64,000 bases of DNA, from contig CAZYLZ010000003.1 of the NCBI GenBank assembly GCA_964648335.1, positions 7,100 to 71,099 on the forward strand, given 5' to 3'. Of the stretch, positions 19,810-29,384 are shown one piece after another. Positions within the stretch are counted from its first letter, which is position 1; each line of letters begins with the position of its first letter. The notes below the pieces were generated by a model that made no database searches, was not told where the DNA came from, and saw only the letters and a program-made list of their open reading frames with translations. This stretch comes from an uncultured Candidatus Saccharibacteria bacterium (GTDB lineage Bacteria > Patescibacteriota > Minisyncoccia > Phycocordibacterales > UBA2100). Made by a program: the position numbers and the translations under genes.

Positions 19810-20136
19810 TTAGGCTATCGCAGAGAACATCCGTGTCATCTCGGCCTTAATATCACTAAAAGGGGCAGTAAAAACTGTCTTGTTAAGCGAAATAACCCCA
19901 ATAATAGGGGAGGTAAGGGTAGGACTTGCCTGTGTCAGGGCCTCGCGAACCCGGCGCTTGGCACGATTGCGGTCTACCGAGAGCGGGGCGACCTTTTTTG
20001 ACACAGAAACACTAATATATGACGTATTTCCTTGGTTTTGTACGTATGAGAACGAAAAAAACACCGAGGAAAGGCGTTTTTTGGGCTTGATTGCCACCGA
20101 TTGGAGGAGTGCCGAAGTTGCCCGGCCCAGCTTCAT
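19810..20136 (-). CDS. rnpA: ribonuclease P protein component
   Basis: Basic RnpA motif (VSKKVAPLSVDRNRAKRRVREAL); position between rpmH and yidC. Confidence 0.8.
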   Translation of the reverse strand: MKLGRATSALLQSVAIKPKKRLSSVFFSFSYVQNQGNTSYISVSVSKKVAPLSVDRNRAKRRVREALTQASPTLTSPIIGVISLNKTVFTAPFSDIKAEMTRMFSAIA

Positions 20137-20139
20137 AAC

Positions 20140-20277
20140 CTAAACCTGGGTCAGCTTTGCGCGACCCTTCTGGCGACGGCGCTTGAGAAGCCTGCGACCC
20201 GACGCAGTCTTGTTGCGGTTCATAAAACCGTGTGCACTGCTTCGCTTCTTCTTCTTTGGCTGGTATGTTCTGCTCAT
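20140..20277 (-). CDS. rpmH: 50S ribosomal protein L34
   Basis: Not in the ORF track (45 aa). Manual minus-strand translation gives [45 protein letters not shown], a clear L34. Confidence 0.85.
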   Translation of the reverse strand: MSRTYQPKKKKRSSAHGFMNRNKTASGRRLLKRRRQKGRAKLTQV

Positions 20278-20464
20278 AAACGCATCATACCTCTAATGGG
20301 ATAAAATTTCAATAGCTTGGCCATTAGTATGGATTCTCTGTCTATTTCGTCGGATAAGGGGTTGTCCTTTGAGTTATACACAGGTTACCCACACCTTTAA
20401 GCTCCATAGGGGTCAATAGGCGATTGAAAGCGATTAGGTATAATGGCTCCACCTTAGGGTGCGT
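20278..20464. promoter_or_regulatory. rpmH/dnaA divergent control region with a perfect TATAAT and a DnaA-box-like site
   Basis: TATAAT at about 20439-20444; TTATACACA (one mismatch to TTATCCACA) at about 20374-20382; intergenic between divergent rpmH and dnaA. Confidence 0.4.
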
Positions 20465-21811
20465 ATGACCGACAGAGAACTCTGGCAGAATGCTTTAGTG
20501 CAGATAGAACTGGCATTACCGGAAGCGAGCTTTCGCACATGGTTCAAAGGAACCGATATCATCCGCCGTGAAGGGGCAGGGGATATCCAAGTGGGAGTGC
20601 CAAGCAAGATCGTAAAGGAGTGGCTCCGCGACAAACATCACAAGCTTATCCTCAAAACTATTCGTTCGCTTGATGAACACATCCGCTCTATAGACTACAT
20701 CGTACACAAGACGGTACGGACCACTCCGCAACGTGATTTTCCTACCGGTTCGGCGTCGCAGACCATGCCGCTCACCGAGCTCTATATCGACAAACGCGAC
20801 AATCTTAATCCTCGATATACGCTCGAGACCTTTATTGTCGGTCCATTCAACCAACTTGCACACGCTGCTGCGCAAGCAGTGATGCAGAAACCAGGACTCG
20901 CTTACAATCCACTCTTCATATATGGCAAGACTGGTCACGGTAAGACACATCTCATTCAGGCTATAGGCAACTATCTCAAGAAGTCACATTCGAATAAGAA
21001 GGTTTTCTATGTGAGCTCGGAGCGATTTGCTATGGATTACATCAATGCTGTGCGGGCAGGTCGAGGTAACAGCTTTAAAGACCAGTACCGTCAGTATGAC
21101 GTGCTTATACTCGATGACGTGCAATTCATTGCCGATAAGGAAAAGACTCAAGAAGAGCTTTTTCACCTCTTTAACGCTCTCCATGACAACAATAAACAGA
21201 TCATCTTCTCGTCCGATAAGCACCCGAACCATATGCCAGGCCTCGAGGACCGACTCAAGGGCCGTTTCTCTGCAGGAATGATTGCCGAGATACCTGAGCC
21301 CGACCTTGATTCGCGCATATCAATCATCACAGCCAAAGTCGAGCAGCACGGGTTCTCGGTTCCGCCCGAAGTCATTAAATTCATTGCCGAGCAGGTACCT
21401 GGCAACATCCGAGAACTCGAAGGTGTGCTTAACACCATCATCTGCAAGACACAGCTAAAAGGAAAGATCCTTTCCGAGATAGAGGTGCGTTCAGTCATAA
21501 AGAACAACGTCAGGGTACAAAGAGGGGTCTCGGTAGAAGAGGTGGTCCGTAAGATCGCCCGATATTACGAGATAGAAGAAAGTAGTATCTACGAGAAGAC
21601 CAGGAAGAAGGAAGTGGTGAAGCCGCGCCAGGTGACTATGTATATATTGCGCGAAGAATATGGTGTTTCGTACCCGTCGATAGGGGAGAAGCTCGGCGGA
21701 CGCGACCACACGACCGTTATTCACTCGTGCGAGAAGATAAAAGAAGAACTTAAGCGTGACCCAGCTCTCGAGCAGGAGATAATGCACGTCAAGAACCTCT
21801 TAGTGACGTAA
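20465..21811 (+). CDS. dnaA: chromosomal replication initiator DnaA
   Basis: AAA+ Walker A GKTGHGKTHL, Walker B VLILDDVQF, sensor/box VII, C-terminal DNA-binding HTH (GRDHTTVIH). Start may be GTG at 20459 or ATG at 20465. Confidence 0.9.
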   Translation: MTDRELWQNALVQIELALPEASFRTWFKGTDIIRREGAGDIQVGVPSKIVKEWLRDKHHKLILKTIRSLDEHIRSIDYIVHKTVRTTPQRDFPTGSASQTMPLTELYIDKRDNLNPRYTLETFIVGPFNQLAHAAAQAVMQKPGLAYNPLFIYGKTGHGKTHLIQAIGNYLKKSHSNKKVFYVSSERFAMDYINAVRAGRGNSFKDQYRQYDVLILDDVQFIADKEKTQEELFHLFNALHDNNKQIIFSSDKHPNHMPGLEDRLKGRFSAGMIAEIPEPDLDSRISIITAKVEQHGFSVPPEVIKFIAEQVPGNIRELEGVLNTIICKTQLKGKILSEIEVRSVIKNNVRVQRGVSVEEVVRKIARYYEIEESSIYEKTRKKEVVKPRQVTMYILREEYGVSYPSIGEKLGGRDHTTVIHSCEKIKEELKRDPALEQEIMHVKNLLVT

Positions 21812-22043
21812 AAAAATTTGTGGGTAAGGTGTGGATAAGGTGTGTGTCGGGACTGCCTTTATACACTCCTTGTGTGGACAAAAAGCCAAGTGACGGCATT
21901 ATACACACAGCTATCCTTCTTTTCCGTGAGTTGTTAGTCCGGTAGTCCCCAGTTGAAAAGGTAATAAAACCGAGTAAATAAGCCAAAAAAAGACGTTATC
22001 CACTTATCCCCGCGCTTAATAGTATTAGTAGTAGTATTTATAC
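21812..22043. promoter_or_regulatory. candidate oriC: DnaA-box cluster plus AT-rich unwinding element in the dnaA-dnaN spacer
   Basis: Perfect TGTGGATAA (reverse of TTATCCACA) at 21830-21838; one-mismatch boxes at 21819-21827, 21873-21881, 21996-22004; AT-rich AGTATTAGTAGTAGTATTTATAC just before dnaN. Confidence 0.6.
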
Positions 22044-23153
22044 ATGAAAGTAACTTGCTTAACGGATAACTTACTTAAGGCGATTTCCGCATCGGAAAGA
22101 CTCGTAGGTAAGAAGGAATCGTTGCCGGTACTTTCGTGTTTCTTGCTCGAAGTAACGAAACAAGGACTTATCTTACGGGCCACGAACCTCGAGGCTGGTA
22201 TCGAGATAGCAATTCCTGGCGAAAACACCGAACCAGGCACGGTAGCGGTACCGGCACAGGTACTCGGGAACATCCTGCGTATAACCCGAGGGGATAAAAT
22301 TACGATATCTGCCGATGAATCGACACTATCGATCGTTGCAGCGTCCGGAACGACCTCGATACGCGCCGTACCACACGAAGAATTTCCCCCAATACCGTTT
22401 TTGGATGATACGAACCTGATTGAGATGTCACGCCAGGCGCTCGTAGACGGTATCCAGTCCGTTTTATATGCAGCATCCCACTCAATGGTGCGTCCCGAGC
22501 TTGCAAGCGTGTCTGTGAGCTATTTAGAGGGCTCTTTGGTGTTTGCGGCGACCGATTCGTTCCGATTGGCAGAAAAAAAGGTCCAGACGGCGATGTCGAA
22601 TGATTTTTCCGATATCCTTCTACCACAAAAGAATGCATCCGAACTCGTGCATGTTCTTGCCTCATTGAGTGAAGATACTGTATCGATCAGCACCGACGAT
22701 TCTCAGTTATACCTAAAGAGTATGTCGGCACTCTCAGTACGGTTCATTTCGAGAGTTATCGACGCATCATTCCCTAATTATCGCGAAATAATCCCTAAGG
22801 CATTTACGACGGAGGCAACTATCCTTACAAAAGATCTCTCGAGCGTCCTTAAGAAGGCTAAGTTATTCTCTAACGCTTCGCAGCAGGTGAGTTTCCATAT
22901 ATACCCTAAAAAGAAGGTGTTTTCAGTCACTGCGCAGAATCAGGACGTGGGTGAGATGGATGAATTGATCGAGGCTGCTGTAACTGGCGAAGATATTGAT
23001 ATTAATTTCAATAGCACTTATGTTGGTGATTCGCTCCAATCGATACATGCTGATAGTCTTACATTCTCTTTTGCGGGAAATGGGAAGCCATTGGTAATAC
23101 GGCCGATTGGCGACCTTTCATTCATGTATCTCGTGATGCCACTCAATAGGTAG
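22044..23153 (+). CDS. dnaN: DNA polymerase III β sliding clamp
   Basis: 369 aa, three-domain length; N-terminal MKVTCLTDNLLKAISASERLV typical of DnaN; directly downstream of dnaA. Confidence 0.9.
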   Translation: MKVTCLTDNLLKAISASERLVGKKESLPVLSCFLLEVTKQGLILRATNLEAGIEIAIPGENTEPGTVAVPAQVLGNILRITRGDKITISADESTLSIVAASGTTSIRAVPHEEFPPIPFLDDTNLIEMSRQALVDGIQSVLYAASHSMVRPELASVSVSYLEGSLVFAATDSFRLAEKKVQTAMSNDFSDILLPQKNASELVHVLASLSEDTVSISTDDSQLYLKSMSALSVRFISRVIDASFPNYREIIPKAFTTEATILTKDLSSVLKKAKLFSNASQQVSFHIYPKKKVFSVTAQNQDVGEMDELIEAAVTGEDIDINFNSTYVGDSLQSIHADSLTFSFAGNGKPLVIRPIGDLSFMYLVMPLNR

Positions 23154-23154
23154 T

Positions 23155-23418
23155 ATGAATCGGATAGGGGATTTCCTTGCACGATTCAACCTTTTTGTCC
23201 CTGTAGACACGATTGTCTCGAGGACAATCAGTGATGGAATACGGGATGTGACCGGAGTCACTATTGATCCCAAGCAAATAACACATACCTCAGGAAAGGC
23301 GTTCGTGGCTACACATGCTGTAACTAAGACAAATATAGCCCTTAATCAAAAGAAGATACTCGAAACAGTGAATCTACGACTTAAGCCCTATAAGGTGTCT
23401 TTAAGCTCGATCAGTTGA
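23155..23418 (+). CDS. small hypothetical protein downstream of dnaN (possible DUF721/DciA-like)
   Basis: 87-aa ORF starting 2 nt after the dnaN stop; weak resemblance (N-terminal ...GDFLARF...) to DUF721 proteins that commonly follow dnaN. Confidence 0.3.
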   Translation: MNRIGDFLARFNLFVPVDTIVSRTISDGIRDVTGVTIDPKQITHTSGKAFVATHAVTKTNIALNQKKILETVNLRLKPYKVSLSSIS

Positions 23419-25896
23419 CTACTCGACCGTTACAGCAACCTGAGAAGAGTATCCTCCTGAGTCACCACCAGTCACTGCGCGGATTATTACGGTACCTGGT
23501 TCGCTTGGCATGAAGGATATTGAGTATGGAGCACTACTAGAAGAGCCGATCGATACACCATTGATGTAGTAGGCAACATGACGTGTCTGACTGAGAGCCT
23601 CACCCTCTACAGTAACAGTTATCAAAGATCCGGATTTGACGGCACTGCCATCTGAAGGGGATGTGATGGTGAAAACAGATGGAACATACGGCGCATTACC
23701 TATCGGTGTCGGTACCGAAGGGAAGTTTGGAAGATTCGAGGGGATACTAGAAGAGCCGAGATTTGGTTGTTGTCCCGCCCAGAGTGCTACGGGATACTCC
23801 CAATAGTTATATTGACCATCTGATTGAGGATTCGAAGGGGGTGGTCCTAATGGGTCGTCCTTATTAACATACTGCAGAATATCATGCACGACTCCGTTCT
23901 GATTCCATACGCCAAGAAATGGCGGTTTCATCGCCGGGTCTTCAGCTGGTGGTGCAGGGAATGGTGCGTCCGTCGTGCTTGCAAGTGCAAACTGCATGAA
24001 CTCATTCCACATCGGAGCAACGATGAATCCTGCAATCTTCTTTACCATAGGGGAATTATCGTTGTTACCAGCCCATGATCCGACAGATAACGTCGGTGTG
24101 TACCCAATGATCCACGTATCTCGATAATCATTAGTGGTTCCGGTTTTGACCGCTACATGATGTCCAGGTACTACAAGTGCTGAATTGACCCCAAATTCGG
24201 GGGTACGTGCCACATCGTCGGAAAGTATATCTGAGATCATATGAGTTACCTCGGGTGAAATCACTTGCGCACCAGCGGTATCCTTGTATTCCTCGAGAAC
24301 AGTACCTTTCCCATCCTCAATCCTAAGGATGACCGTGTCGCTATGGCGAACCCCTTCATTAGCAAATACACCATAAGCACTCGTCATTTCAAGAAGTGAT
24401 ACTTCGCCGCCGCCGAGTACGAGAGTAAGACCGTATGTTCCCGCATCAGCTAACGATGTAATTCCCATGCGTAAAGCGGTCGCAATGGATTCCTTTATCC
24501 CTGCAAGGTAGAGTAATTTAACTGCGGGAATGTTACGTGACTGGGCAAGCGCATCCTTAAGAGTCATGGGACCTAAGAAATTATTATCGTAGTTATCTGG
24601 CGAGTAGCAGATATCAGTGGTCTCGAAGAAATTCGGTGCGCAACTCGTTGAAAACTGAGTTTTGAGATCGAAGAGCACTGTTTTTTCTGTGTAGCCCTTG
24701 CCGAAAGCTGTAGCGTATATGAATGGCTTGAATGATGAACCAGGTTGCCGGTATGCTGTAGCAACATTGAACTTTCCATCGATTTTCTCGTCGAAGTAAT
24801 CGCGTGACCCGACCATGGTGAGTATTTGTCCTGTCTTGGGATCGACAGCAACCAAGGCTGCATTGCTCGCGTTGAATTGGGAGGCGTTCGAGAGGGCACG
24901 ACGCTTGACTATCTCTTCCGCTTTTTGCTGTAAGTTATAGTCGAGAGATGTTATGACCTTGAGTCCTCCGCTCTGGACCTGATCGGCGCCATATTTTGCC
25001 TCAAGATATTCTCTGACATAAAAGACAAAGTGGGGAGCCTTTATACCGTTTGATGCTTGATCCAAAAAAACCACCTTCTCCGCTTTTGCGACATCGTACT
25101 CTGCTTTGGTTGCGAATCCACGCTGGAGCATGCGTTCGAGAACGAGGTTTTTTCTGTTCTCAAGACCTTCGCGGTGGTTACCAAAAGGTGAATAGTAGGT
25201 TGGTGCCTGTGGTATGGCGGCGAGATATGCCGATTCAGCTAACGAAAGATCTTTCGCATCCTTCCCAAAAAAGGATTGCGAAGCCTCCTCGGCGCCATAG
25301 AGTGTCCCGCCATAGGGCGCCTCGTTAAAATACACCTCAAGAATCTGGTCTTTCGTGAAAGCTCGCTCGAGCTTGAGTGCAAGTATCCACTCCTTAACCT
25401 TACGGGTGATGGTCTTGTCAGTCGTAAGAAGTGTATTCTTCACCACCTGCTGAGTGATGGTAGATCCGCCTTGTCCGCGCAAAAGCTCTCCGGTTGTTAT
25501 GTCGGTATAGATTGCACGCGCTATCGCCTTTGGGAGCACCCCGTGATGTTGGTAGAAATCCGGGTCCTCGATGGCTATGGTCGCGTTTCGAAGATATAGA
25601 GATATCTCATTTAATGGAACCTTCGTCCTTCGGATCGATCCATGTACGTCATAGAGCAGGATTTTGCCGGTGCGGTCATAAATCTTGGTAGATTCGGGCA
25701 CGCGACGCGTCTCGAACGCTGTAATTGACGGTACTTTGAGTGTGGCGAACCAGATAAGCACGATGCCGGCGCAAAGGAAGAATATGATACCGACGATTGC
25801 GGCTATAAGTTCGATGAACTGACTTCTAGTGCGGGGCTTGCGCCGGCTCAACTCTCTTACAAAAGACGGCCAATGTTTAGAAGTGATTTTATTCAT
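23419..25896 (-). CDS. class A penicillin-binding protein (transglycosylase + transpeptidase), PBP1A-like
   Basis: N-terminal TM; GT51 motifs (IAIEDPDFYQHHGV; RGQGGSTITQQVVKN); transpeptidase SxxK-like (SSFKPF), SxN, KTGT (VKTGTTND); long Ser/Pro-rich C-terminal extension. Confidence 0.85.
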   Translation of the reverse strand: MNKITSKHWPSFVRELSRRKPRTRSQFIELIAAIVGIIFFLCAGIVLIWFATLKVPSITAFETRRVPESTKIYDRTGKILLYDVHGSIRRTKVPLNEISLYLRNATIAIEDPDFYQHHGVLPKAIARAIYTDITTGELLRGQGGSTITQQVVKNTLLTTDKTITRKVKEWILALKLERAFTKDQILEVYFNEAPYGGTLYGAEEASQSFFGKDAKDLSLAESAYLAAIPQAPTYYSPFGNHREGLENRKNLVLERMLQRGFATKAEYDVAKAEKVVFLDQASNGIKAPHFVFYVREYLEAKYGADQVQSGGLKVITSLDYNLQQKAEEIVKRRALSNASQFNASNAALVAVDPKTGQILTMVGSRDYFDEKIDGKFNVATAYRQPGSSFKPFIYATAFGKGYTEKTVLFDLKTQFSTSCAPNFFETTDICYSPDNYDNNFLGPMTLKDALAQSRNIPAVKLLYLAGIKESIATALRMGITSLADAGTYGLTLVLGGGEVSLLEMTSAYGVFANEGVRHSDTVILRIEDGKGTVLEEYKDTAGAQVISPEVTHMISDILSDDVARTPEFGVNSALVVPGHHVAVKTGTTNDYRDTWIIGYTPTLSVGSWAGNNDNSPMVKKIAGFIVAPMWNEFMQFALASTTDAPFPAPPAEDPAMKPPFLGVWNQNGVVHDILQYVNKDDPLGPPPSNPQSDGQYNYWEYPVALWAGQQPNLGSSSIPSNLPNFPSVPTPIGNAPYVPSVFTITSPSDGSAVKSGSLITVTVEGEALSQTRHVAYYINGVSIGSSSSAPYSISFMPSEPGTVIIRAVTGGDSGGYSSQVAVTVE

Positions 25897-26019
25897 ATGT
25901 GCCGCACCCGAGATGTGGGGATAATGTGTGGATTATAGAATGGAGCGACGGTAAGGCCAAGTTGAATTGTTCATACCTTAGTCGCTACCATAAGCAAGAC
26001 GCCAAACTCCATGAATTTA

Positions 26020-26496
26020 TTACACGAGACGGTAACAGGCCATATGTGTGAGTCCGACTGCAATCGCGTCGTACTCATCATCGAATTCGATTGATTTCGT
26101 GATTGTTACAAGTTTCGGGATCATCTTCATCATCTGTCCCTTCGTGGCTGCACCGTACCCAGTGACTGATAACTTTATCTGGTTTGGTGTGTATTCGATG
26201 ATTGGGATTTGGTGTGCACCGGCAAGCGCAAGTAAGGCACCGCGTGTCTCCGCAACCGCCATAGCAGTCTTTTGGTTTTTTGCGAAAAAGAGCTTTTCGA
26301 GTGCTATGGAGGTCGGTGCAAACTGCGCAATCGCACCTTCTACACCGGCGCAGATCATAGCTAGGCGTAAAGAAAAATCATCGGACTTGTTTGACCGCAG
26401 GCAGTCCGAATGAAGGAGTATCTCGCGACCCGAGACTTTCTCGAGTACCGCGATACCACAACGGTCATAACCTGGATCGATGGCGAGGATGCGCAT
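26020..26496 (-). CDS. ruvC: crossover junction endodeoxyribonuclease RuvC
   Basis: MRILAIDPGYDRCGIAVLE N-terminus (catalytic Asp); RNase-H-like fold length; start at the internal Met of the longer ORF. Confidence 0.85.
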   Translation of the reverse strand: MRILAIDPGYDRCGIAVLEKVSGREILLHSDCLRSNKSDDFSLRLAMICAGVEGAIAQFAPTSIALEKLFFAKNQKTAMAVAETRGALLALAGAHQIPIIEYTPNQIKLSVTGYGAATKGQMMKMIPKLVTITKSIEFDDEYDAIAVGLTHMACYRLV

Positions 26497-26570
26497 CTCT
26501 AGAGTGTAGGGGAAGTAGGGGAATATACAAGAAATGAATCGGCCCCACAAATTCATGCGGGGCCGATGGG

Positions 26571-27152
26571 TTATTTAGCGGTGGTGAGTATTTTCAGGTC
26601 GAGTGCCATCCATACATTTGGATCTATATACGACTGTCGCATGATCCATCGCTTAAACGCGGTATCGTGCCACAACAAGATCCTGTCAGATTGATTATCA
26701 AGGACATAGTCTCCTATTGATGTCCGTACAGTGAGTACTGCGTGATTCTCGCCATGAGCGTCTACCACCACAGTCATAAGGAGCGCTCCTGCCGGCCAAC
26801 CACGCCTAATAAGCAGATGTCGCTTTAGGAGCGCGTAATCCTCGCAGTCGCCACGGAGCTCTATTGGGATAGTCCAATACTCCTCGACCTTATACAGCTG
26901 TCGGTCGGTCATCGGCTTGACGTTTTGATTAACCCACCGGTTAACAGTGTCGAGCTCGAGTAAACGCTCCTTCGTTACTACGTACTTAGTGTGTTCGGTC
27001 GATCCTTTCATGCACTGATCTGGTGTCCGTTCACAAAAGTGATGCCAGCCGTACGGGCCCGGAACCACTCCATGCACCCTCATTGAACGAATCTGTGCCT
27101 CGGCCCAAGAAGGGAACGCGAGTAACAAAAATATGAGCGCTGAGCGCGACAT
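26571..27152 (-). CDS. secreted transglutaminase-like cysteine peptidase (BTLCP-like) candidate
   Basis: Signal peptide MSRSALIFLLLAFPSWAEAQ; Cys-His-Asp arrangement (GDCEDYALLK ... DAHGENHAVLTV ... DYVLDN) resembling bacterial transglutaminase-like cysteine proteinases. Confidence 0.45.
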   Translation of the reverse strand: MSRSALIFLLLAFPSWAEAQIRSMRVHGVVPGPYGWHHFCERTPDQCMKGSTEHTKYVVTKERLLELDTVNRWVNQNVKPMTDRQLYKVEEYWTIPIELRGDCEDYALLKRHLLIRRGWPAGALLMTVVVDAHGENHAVLTVRTSIGDYVLDNQSDRILLWHDTAFKRWIMRQSYIDPNVWMALDLKILTTAK

Positions 27153-27244
27153 GTGCCGCCTCCCTTAGTTTGGTTTCTGCCTACTGATTGTATTATATAA
27201 TAAATATAAAAAATGTCCACGTACCCACCGCGACTCTGGTGTCG

Positions 27245-27775
27245 CTACTCTGCGTTCGTATAGACCGATTGAACATCATCTCGTTCCTCGAGTCGCTCAA
27301 TAAGATCATTCAGCCGTTCCCCGTCCTCTCCAGTGATTGGTGTCATTGTCTTTGGGATGAAGCCATCAATAGTCTTTTCAAAGGCCCATGCAGCAGATCC
27401 AGGGGTTGCAAGCTCGTACCCCAGCTCGCTTACAAGATGTTTTATCTCTTGTGCGCTCCGGTTGCGACTATCGGTCAGAATATCCATAAGAATCGCGACG
27501 CCGCCAGGACCATACATCTCATATACTATCGACTCCATATCGGTGGCTCCTGCTCCTAATCCTTTGGCTACGGCGCGCTCGATATTCTCTTTCGGCATGT
27601 TTGCCGCGCGTGCTCGCTCGATCACGGCTCGTAATGTGGGTGAATCCGTCTTGCCGGCGACCTTCTTACTTTCGAGCGCTATGACATTGGCAAATTTGGC
27701 GAATACTTTTGACCGGGCGGTGTCGGTGATCGCTTTTTTGCGCTTTATCTGTGACCATTTCGAATGTCCTGCCAT
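27245..27775 (-). CDS. yebC: YebC/PmpR-family DNA-binding regulator (short form)
   Basis: MAGHSKWSQIKRKKA N-terminus diagnostic of the YebC family. Confidence 0.8.
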   Translation of the reverse strand: MAGHSKWSQIKRKKAITDTARSKVFAKFANVIALESKKVAGKTDSPTLRAVIERARAANMPKENIERAVAKGLGAGATDMESIVYEMYGPGGVAILMDILTDSRNRSAQEIKHLVSELGYELATPGSAAWAFEKTIDGFIPKTMTPITGEDGERLNDLIERLEERDDVQSVYTNAE

Positions 27776-27780
27776 ATCGA

Positions 27781-28800
27781 TTAGAGTAACGTATCGTTTT
27801 CTTTCGGTATATCGTATCCGAGATGGGTATAGGCCTTCTTGGTGGCAGCCCGTCCGCGGGGAGTGCGCTCGAGGAGCCCTATCTGCATAAGATAAGGCTC
27901 ATGCACTTCCTCGACTGTCGCCGCTTCTTCGGACAAGGCGGCTGCGATAGTGTTGAGTCCTACAGGACCACCTTTAAAGGTGTCGATGATCACGTTCAGT
28001 ATGTCGCGGTCGGTGTTCGTGAGACCTAATTCGTCGACCTCGAGAAGTGCTAGTGCCTGACGCACGGTCTTTTCGTCTATACTACCTCCCTGTACTTGGG
28101 CGAAGTCGCGGGCGCGCTTAAGGAGATAGTTTGCGGTGCGCGGTGTTGCCCGGCTGCGCTTGGCAATCTCTTGCACTGCCTTGGGCTCGGCTTCGATACC
28201 GAGTATTTTTGCGGATCGCGCGAGGACCTCGGCAACCTCATTCTCGGTGTAGTACACAAGGCGGAAGGTTCCTCCCGAGAAACGGCTTCGCAGTGGGGCT
28301 GAAAGCATCGAGATGCGAGTAGTGGCGGCTACGAGCGTAAACGGCGGCAGTTCGAGTTGCACAGTTCGTGCCGACGGTCCTTTGCCGATGACGATATCGA
28401 GCACTCCAGACTCCATGGCAGGGTAGAGGACCTCCTCGATCGACTTATTAAGCCGATGTATCTCGTCTATAAAAAGCACATCACCCGGGGATAGGTTGGT
28501 GAGTATCGACGCGAGATCACCGACTCGCTCTATGGCGGGCCCTGAGGTGCCGCGCATCTGCGCCCCAATCTCTTTAGTGATGAGGTGCGCAAGTGTCGTC
28601 TTGCCGAGTCCTGGTGGGCCGTATAAAAGGACGTGCTCAGGTTGCTGCTTACGTTCTTTGGCTGCGCGAAGAAGTATGCGCAAGTTCTCTTTTATCACCG
28701 CCTGGCCGACATATTCGTCCCAGACGCCCGGTCGCAGTGCCTGATCGAGCGATCGAGGGGAGCGCTCGATGAGCTTTTCGTCTGTGTTCAGATCTTTCAT
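27781..28800 (-). CDS. ruvB: Holliday junction branch-migration ATPase RuvB
   Basis: Walker [15 protein letters not shown], Walker [10 protein letters not shown], sensor 2 and winged-helix C-terminal region; 339 aa. Confidence 0.9.
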   Translation of the reverse strand: MKDLNTDEKLIERSPRSLDQALRPGVWDEYVGQAVIKENLRILLRAAKERKQQPEHVLLYGPPGLGKTTLAHLITKEIGAQMRGTSGPAIERVGDLASILTNLSPGDVLFIDEIHRLNKSIEEVLYPAMESGVLDIVIGKGPSARTVQLELPPFTLVAATTRISMLSAPLRSRFSGGTFRLVYYTENEVAEVLARSAKILGIEAEPKAVQEIAKRSRATPRTANYLLKRARDFAQVQGGSIDEKTVRQALALLEVDELGLTNTDRDILNVIIDTFKGGPVGLNTIAAALSEEAATVEEVHEPYLMQIGLLERTPRGRAATKKAYTHLGYDIPKENDTLL

Positions 28801-29384
28801 GACTGTAGTGTACCTAAAATATTCATAGGACGCTCAGACCGAGAGAATTACGAGGTAGTTGACAACAGTGATATACCATGATACCATTCCTTCAGCACGC
28901 GAGACAGCGCGCTTTTTTGTGCCCGGCCAAAGGGGTCGTAAGTACTAAAAAACCTCCAAATACAAGCCTAAAATAGGAACCGCAAGGTGACTAAAAGGTA
29001 AGATCGGACGCGTAAACCTCTCAACAACTTTAGGGCTTATCCGAGGATACAGCGGTACCAAGCACCTTTTTGCGCAGTATATGCGGTATGTCTTCTTTAC
29101 GAAGACCTATCCGCGATAGTGCCTAGAAAGGTGCTCGGACCACGGCTTTACTCCTAAGGCATAAGAACCGCTTTCGATGACCATTGAAAGTATTGTTGAG
29201 AGGTTTACGAGCCCGATTTTTCGCATAAGCGCTCGGTGCGCTTATGTATAAGAACGTATCATCTAATCCGAAGTACGCAACGCACTGGAGCAGATGTTTT
29301 TCAAAAAATACAATGCGTGGTACGTCGGATTGACACCGTGCATAACGAAATCGAAAAATCGCAAACCTGCCGTTCGGCAGTTTT

